From Nostoc punctiforme PCC 73102 (GTDB lineage: Bacteria; Cyanobacteriota; Cyanobacteriia; Cyanobacteriales; Nostocaceae), in assembly GCF_000020025.1 (NCBI RefSeq), contig NC_010628.1, forward strand, positions 2,310,001-2,342,000: a stretch of DNA of 32,000 nucleotides. Reading direction: 5' to 3'. The position numbers and the translations under genes are program-made. The notes beneath the pieces were generated by a model that searched no databases, was not told the DNA's origin, and was given only the letters and a program-made list of their open reading frames with translations. Position 1 is the first letter of the stretch, and the number at the start of each line of letters is the position of its first letter. Shown in pieces: positions 9,057-17,429 of this stretch.

Positions 9057-9392
9057 TTGAAAAAACTACTCACATTAGTATTAGTAACATTTCTGCTATT
9101 GTTCAGCGCTTTTACTATGCCTGCTATGGCAGCAGATATAGTTAACGGTGAACAAATATTTAGTCTTCATTGTGCTGGTTGTCATATTAACGGCAGCAAC
9201 ATAGTTAGGCGGGGTAAAAATCTCAAAAAGCAAGCACTGAAAAAGTATGGTATGGATTCAATAGAGGCAGTTACATCTATAGTTACCAATGGTAAAAATA
9301 ATATGTCAGCCTACAAAGATCGCCTTACTGAACAGCAAATTACAGATGTTGCTGCTTACGTTCTCGAACAAGCTGAAAAAGACTGGCGTTAG
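9057..9392 (+). CDS. petJ: Cytochrome c6-like mono-haem c-type cytochrome (c6B/c6C-like group)
   Basis: Signal peptide ending AMA|ADI, haem motif CAGCH, and distal Met in NGKNNMSAY. The overall pattern ADxxxGxxIFxxxCAxCHxxGxNxxxxxKxLxKxAL...NGKxxMxA...VAAYVLxQA matches cytochrome c6. TTG start at 9057 with AGGAGA 8 nt upstream. Confidence 0.8.
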   Translation: MKKLLTLVLVTFLLLFSAFTMPAMAADIVNGEQIFSLHCAGCHINGSNIVRRGKNLKKQALKKYGMDSIEAVTSIVTNGKNNMSAYKDRLTEQQITDVAAYVLEQAEKDWR

Positions 9393-9400
9393 AAAGTTAC

Positions 9401-9446
9401 GAGTTAGGAGAGACGCGATTAATCGCGTCTTTACAAGAGTTAGGAG
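9401..9446. repeat. Perfect 20-nt palindrome AGACGCGATTAATCGCGTCT flanked by direct GAGTTAGGAG repeats
   Basis: The palindrome is at 9411-9430 and the direct decamers are at 9401-9410 and 9437-9446. The repeat starts 9 nt after the cytochrome stop, so it may act as a terminator, but no clear T-tract follows. Confidence 0.7.
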
Positions 9447-9573
9447 TTTTAACTCTAGTCGTCATAAATCATTCATAATAAAGTAGAAAAGTTAAAAAGC
9501 TGTAAAAAACCGCTTTTCAACTCACTAATTATTAAATCTGCTCACTTCCAACTTCTAACTCCAAAAATCGAAA

Positions 9574-10593
9574 ATGAACTTACCCACAGCGAGCCGTCTC
9601 CAATTCACTCCTGATTTGAACATCTGTCGCATATTAAATGGTATGTGGCAAGTCTCCGGCGCACACGGACGGATCAATCCCCAAGCTGCCATTGAGACTA
9701 TGTTCAAATATTTAGATGCAGGCTTTACCACTTGGGATTTAGCAGATCATTATGGCCCTGCTGAGGACTTTATTGGTGAGTTTCGCTGTCAACTAATTGA
9801 TACTCGTGGTAAAGATGCTTTATCTAAGGTGCAAGCGTTTACAAAATGGGTGCCTCGTCCAGGTAAAATGACGAAGAAATTGGTCGAGGAAAACATTGAT
9901 ATTTCCCTGAGAAGAATGAATGTGGAATCGTTAGATTTGATGCAATTCCACTGGTGGGAATATCAGGATAAAAATTACTTAGATGCCCTAAAATATATGG
10001 CAGAACTCCAGACTGAGGGTAAAATTAAGCATCTAGGTTTAACTAATTTTGACACGGAAAATTTGAAGCTGATTACTGAAGCAGGTATCAAAATTGTTTC
10101 TAATCAAGTGCAATTTTCCCTTATTGACCGCCGTCCCGAAGTTAATATGGCAGAATTTTGTCAGCAGCATGACATCAAGCTTTTTACTTACGGTACACTG
10201 TGCGGCAGCTTGTTATCAGAAAACTATTTGGGTAAACCGGAACCGCGAGGATCTGATCTGTCCACTGCTAGTTTGAAAAAATATAAAAATATGATTGATG
10301 CTTGGGGTGGTTGGCAATTATTTCAAGAATTGCTAGCTATTTTGAAGGAAATTGCTAATAAGCATAAAGTAAGTATCTCAAACGTAGCAGTGCGTTACAT
10401 TTTAGATCAGCCAACCGTGGGTGGTGTGATAGTTGGTGCCAGACTTGGTGTATCTGAACATATAGAAGATAACGCCAAAGTATTTAGTTTTAGTTTAGAT
10501 GCTGACGATCGCGATCGCATCAGTGCCGTATCTCGACAGTCACGAGATTTGTATCAGCTAATCGGCGATTGTGGCGACGAGTATCGGCGATAA
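9574..10593 (+). CDS. Aldo/keto reductase family oxidoreductase
   Basis: 339-aa ORF with the (alpha/beta)8 AKR pattern: FTTWDLADHYGPAE (catalytic Asp/Tyr region), ...IKHLGLTNF, ...NQVQFSLIDRRPE. Confidence 0.8.
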   Translation: MNLPTASRLQFTPDLNICRILNGMWQVSGAHGRINPQAAIETMFKYLDAGFTTWDLADHYGPAEDFIGEFRCQLIDTRGKDALSKVQAFTKWVPRPGKMTKKLVEENIDISLRRMNVESLDLMQFHWWEYQDKNYLDALKYMAELQTEGKIKHLGLTNFDTENLKLITEAGIKIVSNQVQFSLIDRRPEVNMAEFCQQHDIKLFTYGTLCGSLLSENYLGKPEPRGSDLSTASLKKYKNMIDAWGGWQLFQELLAILKEIANKHKVSISNVAVRYILDQPTVGGVIVGARLGVSEHIEDNAKVFSFSLDADDRDRISAVSRQSRDLYQLIGDCGDEYRR

Positions 10594-10647
10594 TTATCGG
10601 GAAACAGGTAATAATAGTATCTTCATGCTGATGAATTAAAGAAGATC

Positions 10648-11622
10648 GTGACCACTACACTGCACTGGCAAGAACGGGTTGGGAATCAAAGAGATTGGGT
10701 TTGGCGGGGCTGGCAAACCCGCTATACTTACATTCGCCCTAGCCAAAATAACCACAAAACACAACCTCTGATTCTGTTACATGGCTTTGGCGCTTCCATT
10801 GGTCATTGGCGACATAATCTAGAAGTGTTGGCTGAACATCACACAGTTTACGCCATTGATATGCTGGGTTTTGGCGCTTCTGAAAAAGCCGCAGCTAATT
10901 ACAGCATTGACTTGTGGGTTGAGCAGGTTTACGATTTTTGGAAAACTTTTATCCGTCAACCGGCAATTTTAGTAGGCAATTCCAACGGTTCACTGATTTC
11001 CATGGCCGCCGCCGCCGCTCATCCCGACATGGTGCTGGGTATAGTGATGATGAGTTTACCCGACCCTTCCCTAGAACAAGAAGCCATTCCTCCCATGCTG
11101 CGGCCCCTTGTCAGAGCAATTAAAAATGTGGTCGCTTCGCCATTAGTTCTTAAACCTGTGTTTAACTTCGTGCGCCGTCCAGGGGTGCTGCGTCGCTGGG
11201 CTAGTCTTGCCTACGCTAACCCAGAGGCGATTACCGATGAACTGATAGAAATTTTAGCTGGGCCTCCCCAAGACAGAGGTTCAGCGAGGGCTTTTAGTGC
11301 TTTGTTCAAAGCTGCGATCGGAATTAACTTTAGTCCCAGCGTTAAGACAGTATTACCAACCTTAACAATTCCGATGTTATTAATTTGGGGACAAAAGGAT
11401 CGGTTTGTTCCCCCAGCCCTTGCTAACCGATTTGCCCAATACAACCAAAAATTGGAAGTACTGAATTTAGCAGACGTGGGCCATTGTCCCCATGATGAAT
11501 GTCCTGAGCAAGTCAACCAAGCTATTGTAGATTGGATTGAGAGATGGGTTAGCGTAGGCGTAGCCCGCCACAGGCATCGCCAACCCCCTTACACTTTCCC
11601 AGCTTTGCCGGAAATTGTCTAA
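10648..11622 (+). CDS. Alpha/beta-fold hydrolase
   Basis: LILLHGFGASIGHWRHN (oxyanion region), nucleophile elbow GNSNGS, C-terminal VGHCPHDE (catalytic His). GTG start. The last ~24 codons run through a dispersed repeat. Confidence 0.8.
   Translation: MTTTLHWQERVGNQRDWVWRGWQTRYTYIRPSQNNHKTQPLILLHGFGASIGHWRHNLEVLAEHHTVYAIDMLGFGASEKAAANYSIDLWVEQVYDFWKTFIRQPAILVGNSNGSLISMAAAAAHPDMVLGIVMMSLPDPSLEQEAIPPMLRPLVRAIKNVVASPLVLKPVFNFVRRPGVLRRWASLAYANPEAITDELIEILAGPPQDRGSARAFSALFKAAIGINFSPSVKTVLPTLTIPMLLIWGQKDRFVPPALANRFAQYNQKLEVLNLADVGHCPHDECPEQVNQAIVDWIERWVSVGVARHRHRQPPYTFPALPEIV
11552..11580 (+). repeat. Short dispersed repeat GCGTAGGCGTAGCCCGCCACAGGCATCGC embedded in the 3' end of the hydrolase ORF
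   Basis: Same family as 4674-4702 and 3848-3874. Here it is translated as VGVARHRHR. Confidence 0.8.
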
Positions 11623-11767
11623 GAGGGCCTTTGTTTATACCACGCATTCATCAGCTAGCGTTGTTGGCGACTCTTTGAAGAGATAGATATGAGGCTTTTG
11701 TTATGCAATGGGAGCGATCGCGCCAGCCAATACCTTTGCGACCATTGAATTAGGAATTACTTAACAC

Positions 11768-12136
11768 CTAGCCAATCGTGGCTTGGTTAGTGTCAACATC
11801 TGTAGTGCCATTCACAGAACGAGCTACAGAAATCATCTTATTAAGAATTTCTTGACTGGGAACTTTGCCTTTCAATACAACAGTGCTACCCGTTTGAGCA
11901 ACCCAAAGGGTATTAACATCATCAAGTTGGGGATCTTCATCAAATGCCAAAGCAACCCGCTTTGCCAACCCACTTTGGTCATATTCACCACTTAATCCCA
12001 AACGTTCTGGGGGTATGGATTGAGTAGCAGTAGGAGCAGCATTAGTACTAGGAGTTTGTGCTATTGACTGCGGAGTAGGATTTACTTCTGCATTTTGAGG
12101 TTTTTCCATTCCAAATAGTCTTTGTAACCAACCCAT
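11768..12136 (-). CDS. BON-domain protein
   Basis: 122-aa ORF with a low-complexity N-terminal half, then ...VAQTGSTVVLKGKVPSQEILNKMISVARSVNGTTDVD, which fits the BON pattern (V.L.G.V.s......a...a....GV..V.n). Confidence 0.65.
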   Translation of the reverse strand: MGWLQRLFGMEKPQNAEVNPTPQSIAQTPSTNAAPTATQSIPPERLGLSGEYDQSGLAKRVALAFDEDPQLDDVNTLWVAQTGSTVVLKGKVPSQEILNKMISVARSVNGTTDVDTNQATIG

Positions 12137-12485
12137 AAAAATTTTTCTCCTGAATTAGAGGCTTACTGAGTGGAGTATAAAAGCTTTACGAAAATGCCGC
12201 ATCTACCAATGAAAAGATATCCATTCCATAAAATTCCTCCTTGCAGGATAATTTCTGTCCAATTTTTTATTTCTAGAGAATGCAATGAGTGCAGCTATTG
12301 AGTTTACAATAAAAGGTTGCACTGATAATTAGTGCAGTAGTGCGCTACAACAGAAATCAACATACATTTGACAAAATGTCAAGAGTTTGTAACTCAATGA
12401 ATTTTGACTTTTGAATGAGTGAATTCTGCAAAGCGGTACTAGTTTCTGCGTTCCTCAAATCCTGTTCTAGCCTCTGTTGGCGAAG

Positions 12486-13004
12486 ATGAAACATACCCTT
12501 TCAGTTCTCGTAGAAGATGAGGCGGGTGTTCTTTCCCGCATTTCTGGTTTATTCGCCCGTCGTGGTTTTAATATTGAAAGCCTTGCTGTTGGTCCTGCTG
12601 AACAGGGAGGAGTCTCCCGAATTACAATGGTTGTACCTGGTGACGATCGCGTGATCGAGCAACTCACCAAGCAACTATACAAGTTAGTTAATGTCCTCAA
12701 GGTACAGGATATTACCGAAACTCCTTGCGTCGAACGAGAATTGATGCTTTTGAAGGTGAATGCTAGTAGCAGCAATCGCTCAGAAGTGATTGAACTGTCT
12801 CAGATTTTCCGGGCGCGAGTCGTGGATGTCGCAGAAGATTCTCTCACCTTAGAAGTTGTGGGAGATCCAGGTAAAATGGTAGCGATCGTGCAGGTGTTGC
12901 AAAAATTTGGTTTAAGAGAAATCGCCCGCACTGGCAAAATTGCCCTGACTCGTGAGTCAGGCGTGAATACCGAGTTACTCAAATCTTTGGAAGCAAAAGT
13001 TTAG
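12486..13004 (+). CDS. ilvH: Acetolactate synthase small (regulatory) subunit
   Basis: [50 protein letters not shown] is the ACT domain typical of IlvH/IlvN, followed by the C-terminal AHAS small-subunit domain. I prefer the ATG at 12486 to the track's TTG at 12477. Confidence 0.9.
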   Translation: MKHTLSVLVEDEAGVLSRISGLFARRGFNIESLAVGPAEQGGVSRITMVVPGDDRVIEQLTKQLYKLVNVLKVQDITETPCVERELMLLKVNASSSNRSEVIELSQIFRARVVDVAEDSLTLEVVGDPGKMVAIVQVLQKFGLREIARTGKIALTRESGVNTELLKSLEAKV

Positions 13005-13042
13005 TTAGGAATTTAATCAGCATATAAATCAAAGACAGCAGA

Positions 13043-13075
13043 AGTCATAGTGGCAATTGTTACTATGACTTTTGC
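13043..13075 (+). terminator. Intrinsic terminator of ilvH
   Basis: AGTCATAGT (13043-13051) and ACTATGACT (13062-13070) form a 9-bp perfect stem followed by TTTT. Confidence 0.7.
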
Positions 13076-13381
13076 ACTTTAAAATATTCTTAACCGAGTA
13101 GTATTGCAATATTTACTTAATCAAATTCTCAAATGAATTTTGGGACAATAATTTCTCAATCTTTTCATATATCTAATTTCAGACTTATAAATTTATTTAA
13201 ATTGAATTTTCTCGTTTAAATTTGCACTTTTATTTTGAAAATATGGAGATTGAATTCGTTAATTATTAATCTTGATTGCAATTTAGATAGATACCTTTAC
13301 TTTGCTCTCAAGAAGTATTGATATTGAAGTTTTCTACACTTAGTGCAATGCTATCTAAGTACAAATTTATACTATAAAAAT

Positions 13382-13501
13382 CTAAGTAGCTTGGCACAAT
13401 CAAATAAAACTATGTAAAGAAAAATGAACTAGCCTAAAACCCTTGTATCTATTGCCTGTTGCCTGATCCCAACAACAATTATTTACGCCCACTTACTTAT
13501 G
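13382..13501 (+). repeat. MITE-like ~120-bp element with terminal inverted repeats (CTAAGTA.CTTGG ... CCACTTACTTA)
   Basis: A second copy in the same orientation lies at 30158-30275. The shared core is AAACTAG.CTAAAACCCTT.TA.CTATTG.CT.TTGCCT.ATCCCAAC.ACAATTATTTACGC.CACTTACTT. Confidence 0.75.
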
Positions 13502-13790
13502 CAGGCTGAGGCAATGCGAACGAAAGAACAATGGAAAATCGAGTTTTTTTGACTGGTATACACTTTAGCCGATACATCAGGGAGATAATTTAACTTGTGT
13601 GTACACCGTAGTCAGAGCAGGAAGAGGATGGAAGCGGGGTTTTGCAGATAAGAATGAAAAATCGGCTTCTCCATAAGTAGCTTGCGAAATTCATCATTAC
13701 TTTGGCTAAAGATTGGATGTTTTCCTATATATTCAAGTAGATGTAATTTTTTACGTATAAATGTAATTTATACTTATTAGTACCTCTGTT

Positions 13791-14459
13791 GTGGATATAG
13801 TATCAAAATTAACATCAAATCAAAATTTAGTTTCCCAAGGAATTAACAATATGAACTCACCTGAAGAATACATCAATAATAATTCATCAAATATAGAAAA
13901 ACAGAGTCCGAATGCAAACATAAATGAGTTGCAATTTAGTAGTAACAGCATGAGCGAAGGTAGAAACTTAGATAAAGTTAGAGAAATTCTTTTTGGCAAT
14001 CAAACACGGGATACAGAAAGAAAGTTTAGCCGTCTAGAAGAACGTCTAATTAAAGAATTGGGCAACGTGCGAGATGAAACAAGAAAACGTCTAGATGCTT
14101 TAGAAATTTATATTAAACAAGAAATTGATTCTTTAACGCAGCGCCTAAAAAATGAGCAATTAGATCGTGACTCTCAGGTAAAAGCAGTTGCTGAAGAAAG
14201 TAAAAGCATAATTATATCTTTAGAAAAAAAGATTACTCAATTTGATGAACAAGCGACTAATAGTCAACGAGAGTTGCGCGAGCAGATTCTCAACCAATCT
14301 AAAAGCTTACAAGATGAGATACAACAAAAATCTCAGGAAATAGTAGCTTTAATAGAACGGGAAGCTCAAGAACTTCGTAGAGACAAAACGGATCGTTCAA
14401 ATCTGGCTGCTATGTTTACAGAGTTAGCTAGCCGGCTGAATACAGAAAATAAGTCTTGA
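13791..14459 (+). CDS. Coiled-coil protein (first gene of the GTPase locus)
   Basis: 222-aa ORF with a GTG start (in-frame ATG alternative at 13851). N-terminal Asn/Ser-rich region, then LDKVREILFGNQTRDTERKFSRLEERL and about 140 aa of heptad-rich E/K/Q/L sequence. Confidence 0.6.
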   Translation: MDIVSKLTSNQNLVSQGINNMNSPEEYINNNSSNIEKQSPNANINELQFSSNSMSEGRNLDKVREILFGNQTRDTERKFSRLEERLIKELGNVRDETRKRLDALEIYIKQEIDSLTQRLKNEQLDRDSQVKAVAEESKSIIISLEKKITQFDEQATNSQRELREQILNQSKSLQDEIQQKSQEIVALIEREAQELRRDKTDRSNLAAMFTELASRLNTENKS

Positions 14460-14688
14460 GCTAAAGAATTGTTTGAAAATTTATCACTATTAATTTTGGC
14501 ACTCTTATATTCTCTATACCCCTATTAAAAAGGAGAACTTAAAATAATTTAAAAGTTTTAAGACAAGAATACTTTCAAAATATCCTCTACTCTAAGGTTA
14601 AAAGATTTTTACCTATCGGCGCATCTCTCCTGCTTACAACAGAATGCTTGCTACTTGATGATAAATTGTGAATTGGGGAATTTTGGTA

Positions 14689-16473
14689 ATGAGTGACTAT
14701 TCAAATAATCCAATACCGAAAGCATCCTCTGAAGGTTTGAACAGCAACAACCAAACCTTCGAATTTAATGATGAACTAACTATACTCCGTAGTTTGCTTC
14801 TGGATATTGAGCCGACTAAACTCAAAACACTTTATGAGCGATTAGAAAACCCTCAAATTTTACCAGAAGATATTAGCAAGATGCTTCCAGAAGCTGTAAT
14901 CTTGCGGTCAAAACAAGATAAACAACTTGGCGAAGTAATGGTATCAACTGTGGAAAATGCCATAGAAGTTTCTGTTAAACAAGACCACAATGTGCTTGCA
15001 GATGCATTATTTCCAGTTATTGGGCCAGCTACTCGCAAGGCGATTTCCACGGCTCTTGAGGAAATGATGCAATCGATGAATCAAACTCTGGAACATAGTT
15101 TGTCTCCACAGAGCTTTAAATGGAGACTAGAAGCGCAACGCACAGGAAAATCATTTGCGGAAATTGTGCTGTTACGGACGCTAGTTTATCGAGTAGAACA
15201 AATATTTTTGATTCATAAAAAATCGGGATTATTGCTGCAACATTTAGTAACAACGCAGGTAACAGTTCAAGATCCAGATTTAGTAGCTGCGATGTTGACA
15301 GCTATCCAAGATTTTGTCAAAGATTCCTTTAGGGTACAAAAAGTAGATGGACTAAAAAGTTTACGCTTTGGAGAAGTAATGATTTGGATTGAAGAGGGGC
15401 CACAAGCTTTAGTAGCAGCGATGATTCGAGGGAATCCTCCCCAAGAATTAAGGTTAGTTTTGCAAGAAGCGATAGAAAAAATTCACCTGAAGCTAGGTAG
15501 AGAAATTCAAAATTTTACAGGGGAAACAGCAGCATTTCAGTCCAGCCTGCCTTATTTAGAAGCTTGTCTGGTAGTTCAGTATAAATCTGCTGCTAAAAAA
15601 AATTATACCTATGCCTGGGCTTTCTTGGGTGCGATCGCGATCGCTTGTGGGACTTGGGGCTTTTTTACTATTAGAGAACAACTCCGTTGGCAAGCATATC
15701 TCCAAAAACTCAACTCTCTGCCAGGAATTGTTGTGATTAACACCAAGCAAGCTTTTGGCAAATATTTTATTTCGGGAATGCGCGATCCCTTAGCAGTAGA
15801 TCCTAATACACTAATACAACAAACAAATCTTAATCCCAAAATAGTAATTAGCCAGTGGCAACCTTATCTGTCTTTGGAGCCACAATTTGCTGCCAAAAGA
15901 GTTGAAAAGTTGTTGCATCCTCCCCAAACTGTATCATTAATGGTTGATAACAACGGTATTCTTAATGTAACTGGTTATGCACCCCGTAAATGGATTTTAG
16001 AAGCACGGAAATTATGGACATTTATTCCTGGTATTACCCAATTTCAAGACCAAAAACTCGTAGAAATAGAACTTAGCGAGTTACGGTTATCTAAAATAAA
16101 GATAGAAAAAGAAATATTTTTTTTTACAGAAGGAACAACTGAGTTGATGCCTGGTGAAATTGACAAATTGCCTAATTTGTTTTTATCAATCCGCAAATGT
16201 TTGAATATTGCCAAGTATTTAGGTAAAAATGTGCAAATTCAAATAATTGGACATACTAATAGTACTGGAACAGAACGAAGAAATAGACCACTCAGTCAAG
16301 CGCGCGCTAATAAAATTCTATCTTATTTAATATCCCAAGGAATCAAGATAAACCAATTTCAAGCACTAACTGTAAGTTCTAGCCTAACTTCCCAGCCAGA
16401 ATTAACATCAGAATCTAAAGAATTTAATCGGAGAGTCTCTTTCAAAGTATTAATAAATAATATCTCTAAATAA
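14689..16473 (+). CDS. Single-pass membrane protein with a cytoplasmic Roadblock/LC7-like segment and a C-terminal OmpA/MotB-type peptidoglycan-binding domain
   Basis: ATG at 14689 (the track's GTG at 14668 is an alternative). TM helix YTYAWAFLGAIAIACGTWGFFTI. OmpA-like motifs VQIQIIGHTNSTGTERRNRPLSQARANKILSYLISQGI and FNRRVSFKV. The cytoplasmic part contains VYRVEQIFLIHKKSGLLLQHL...DPDLVAAMLTAIQDFVKDSF...FGEVMIWIEEGPQALVAAMIRG. Confidence 0.8.
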   Translation: MSDYSNNPIPKASSEGLNSNNQTFEFNDELTILRSLLLDIEPTKLKTLYERLENPQILPEDISKMLPEAVILRSKQDKQLGEVMVSTVENAIEVSVKQDHNVLADALFPVIGPATRKAISTALEEMMQSMNQTLEHSLSPQSFKWRLEAQRTGKSFAEIVLLRTLVYRVEQIFLIHKKSGLLLQHLVTTQVTVQDPDLVAAMLTAIQDFVKDSFRVQKVDGLKSLRFGEVMIWIEEGPQALVAAMIRGNPPQELRLVLQEAIEKIHLKLGREIQNFTGETAAFQSSLPYLEACLVVQYKSAAKKNYTYAWAFLGAIAIACGTWGFFTIREQLRWQAYLQKLNSLPGIVVINTKQAFGKYFISGMRDPLAVDPNTLIQQTNLNPKIVISQWQPYLSLEPQFAAKRVEKLLHPPQTVSLMVDNNGILNVTGYAPRKWILEARKLWTFIPGITQFQDQKLVEIELSELRLSKIKIEKEIFFFTEGTTELMPGEIDKLPNLFLSIRKCLNIAKYLGKNVQIQIIGHTNSTGTERRNRPLSQARANKILSYLISQGIKINQFQALTVSSSLTSQPELTSESKEFNRRVSFKVLINNISK

Positions 16474-16487
16474 AATTAGATCAATTT

Positions 16488-16988
16488 ATGGTTATCCAGA
16501 AGAAAATTTGTATGATAGGTGCATTTGCTACAGGTAAAACTAGTTTAGTAGCAATGTTTGTCCACAGCATTTTTTCTGAGAAATATCATACTACTGTGGG
16601 TGTAAAAATTGATAAAAAAGCTATAGAGATTCAAGATAAAAAAATAAACCTTATCCTTTGGGATATCTATGGAGAAGATGAGTTTCAAGAATTACAAATG
16701 TCTTATTTACGAGGTTCTGCTGGTTATTTATTAGTTGTAGATGGTACCAGACATAATACTTTACAAAAAGCTTTTGACTTACAAATAAAAATAGAAGATG
16801 CTATTGGTCAAGTTCCCTTTATTTTAGTCATAAATAAATTGGATATAACGGATGAATGGGAAATTGAATCTGCTGAGATAGATGATGTTACACAAAATGG
16901 TTGGACTGTGATTAAAACAAGTGCCAAACATAGTATTGGTGTAGAAGAAGCTTTTCAAACTCTCGCTAAAAAAATATTGGATTGCTAA
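16488..16988 (+). CDS. Ras/Rab-like small GTPase
   Basis: All five G motifs are present in order: G1 GAFATGKTS, G2 YHTTVGV, G3 WDIYGED, G4 NKLD, G5 TSAK followed by GVEEAF. It starts 14 nt after the upstream stop, and its TAA abuts the next ATG. Confidence 0.85.
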   Translation: MVIQKKICMIGAFATGKTSLVAMFVHSIFSEKYHTTVGVKIDKKAIEIQDKKINLILWDIYGEDEFQELQMSYLRGSAGYLLVVDGTRHNTLQKAFDLQIKIEDAIGQVPFILVINKLDITDEWEIESAEIDDVTQNGWTVIKTSAKHSIGVEEAFQTLAKKILDC

Positions 16989-17390
16989 ATGTTGGATGTC
17001 CCTGTTTTTGTAATTGCCTATATTCTAAATTTGTTAACAGCAGAGTCTTCTCTTGGCTATCTGTTGGTTAATAAAGATGGTAGCCTCTTGACTTGGGGTG
17101 GGAAATTGGCAGCTTATGGAATTACAAACCTCCGTAAAGGCAAAAATGCAAAAGAGCAAGTTGTCTTTCTAGAAGGGTTACTACCATTAGATGATACTTC
17201 CATATTTTTACCATTCATCCAAACAGAGTGTGGCAGTTGTGTAGATGTTCATATATTACCGACGAAAGAAGCAGATTGGGTATTGCTGTTAGATAGTAGC
17301 TGTGATAGAGATTACCTCTTTCCTATTCAGCAAAAAGCAAATGATTTCAGATTATTATACGAAAAATTAAATAGAAAGTTAAATTACTAA
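16989..17390 (+). CDS. Small protein paralogous to the N-terminal sensor domain of the adjacent histidine kinase
   Basis: 133-aa ORF whose ATG directly follows the GTPase stop. By-eye alignment to residues ~1-140 of the kinase: SLGYLLVNKDGSLLTWGG vs ALNILVLEKIDAGLFKIIG, VVFLEGLL vs FSFLNNFL, DWVLLLDSS..QQKANDFRLLYEKL vs KFLLIEALE..LQKAREYKLIYQQL. Confidence 0.6.
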   Translation: MLDVPVFVIAYILNLLTAESSLGYLLVNKDGSLLTWGGKLAAYGITNLRKGKNAKEQVVFLEGLLPLDDTSIFLPFIQTECGSCVDVHILPTKEADWVLLLDSSCDRDYLFPIQQKANDFRLLYEKLNRKLNY

Positions 17391-17429
17391 CCTAAAGTCA
17401 AAATTAATTGATTGTATCAGGTTTAACTC

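Noticed and set aside
12477-12485. TTG start at 12477 for ilvH, as given in the track.
   Set aside because: The ATG at 12486 gives the canonical [13 protein letters not shown]-terminus of AHAS small subunits. The three extra codons are unnecessary.
9011-13790. NtcA-type GTA-N8-TAC sites near 9011-9030 and 13740-13790.
   Set aside because: I checked the candidate GTA...TAC strings by hand, and the spacing is wrong (for example N5, or the distal triplet is TAA or TTA).
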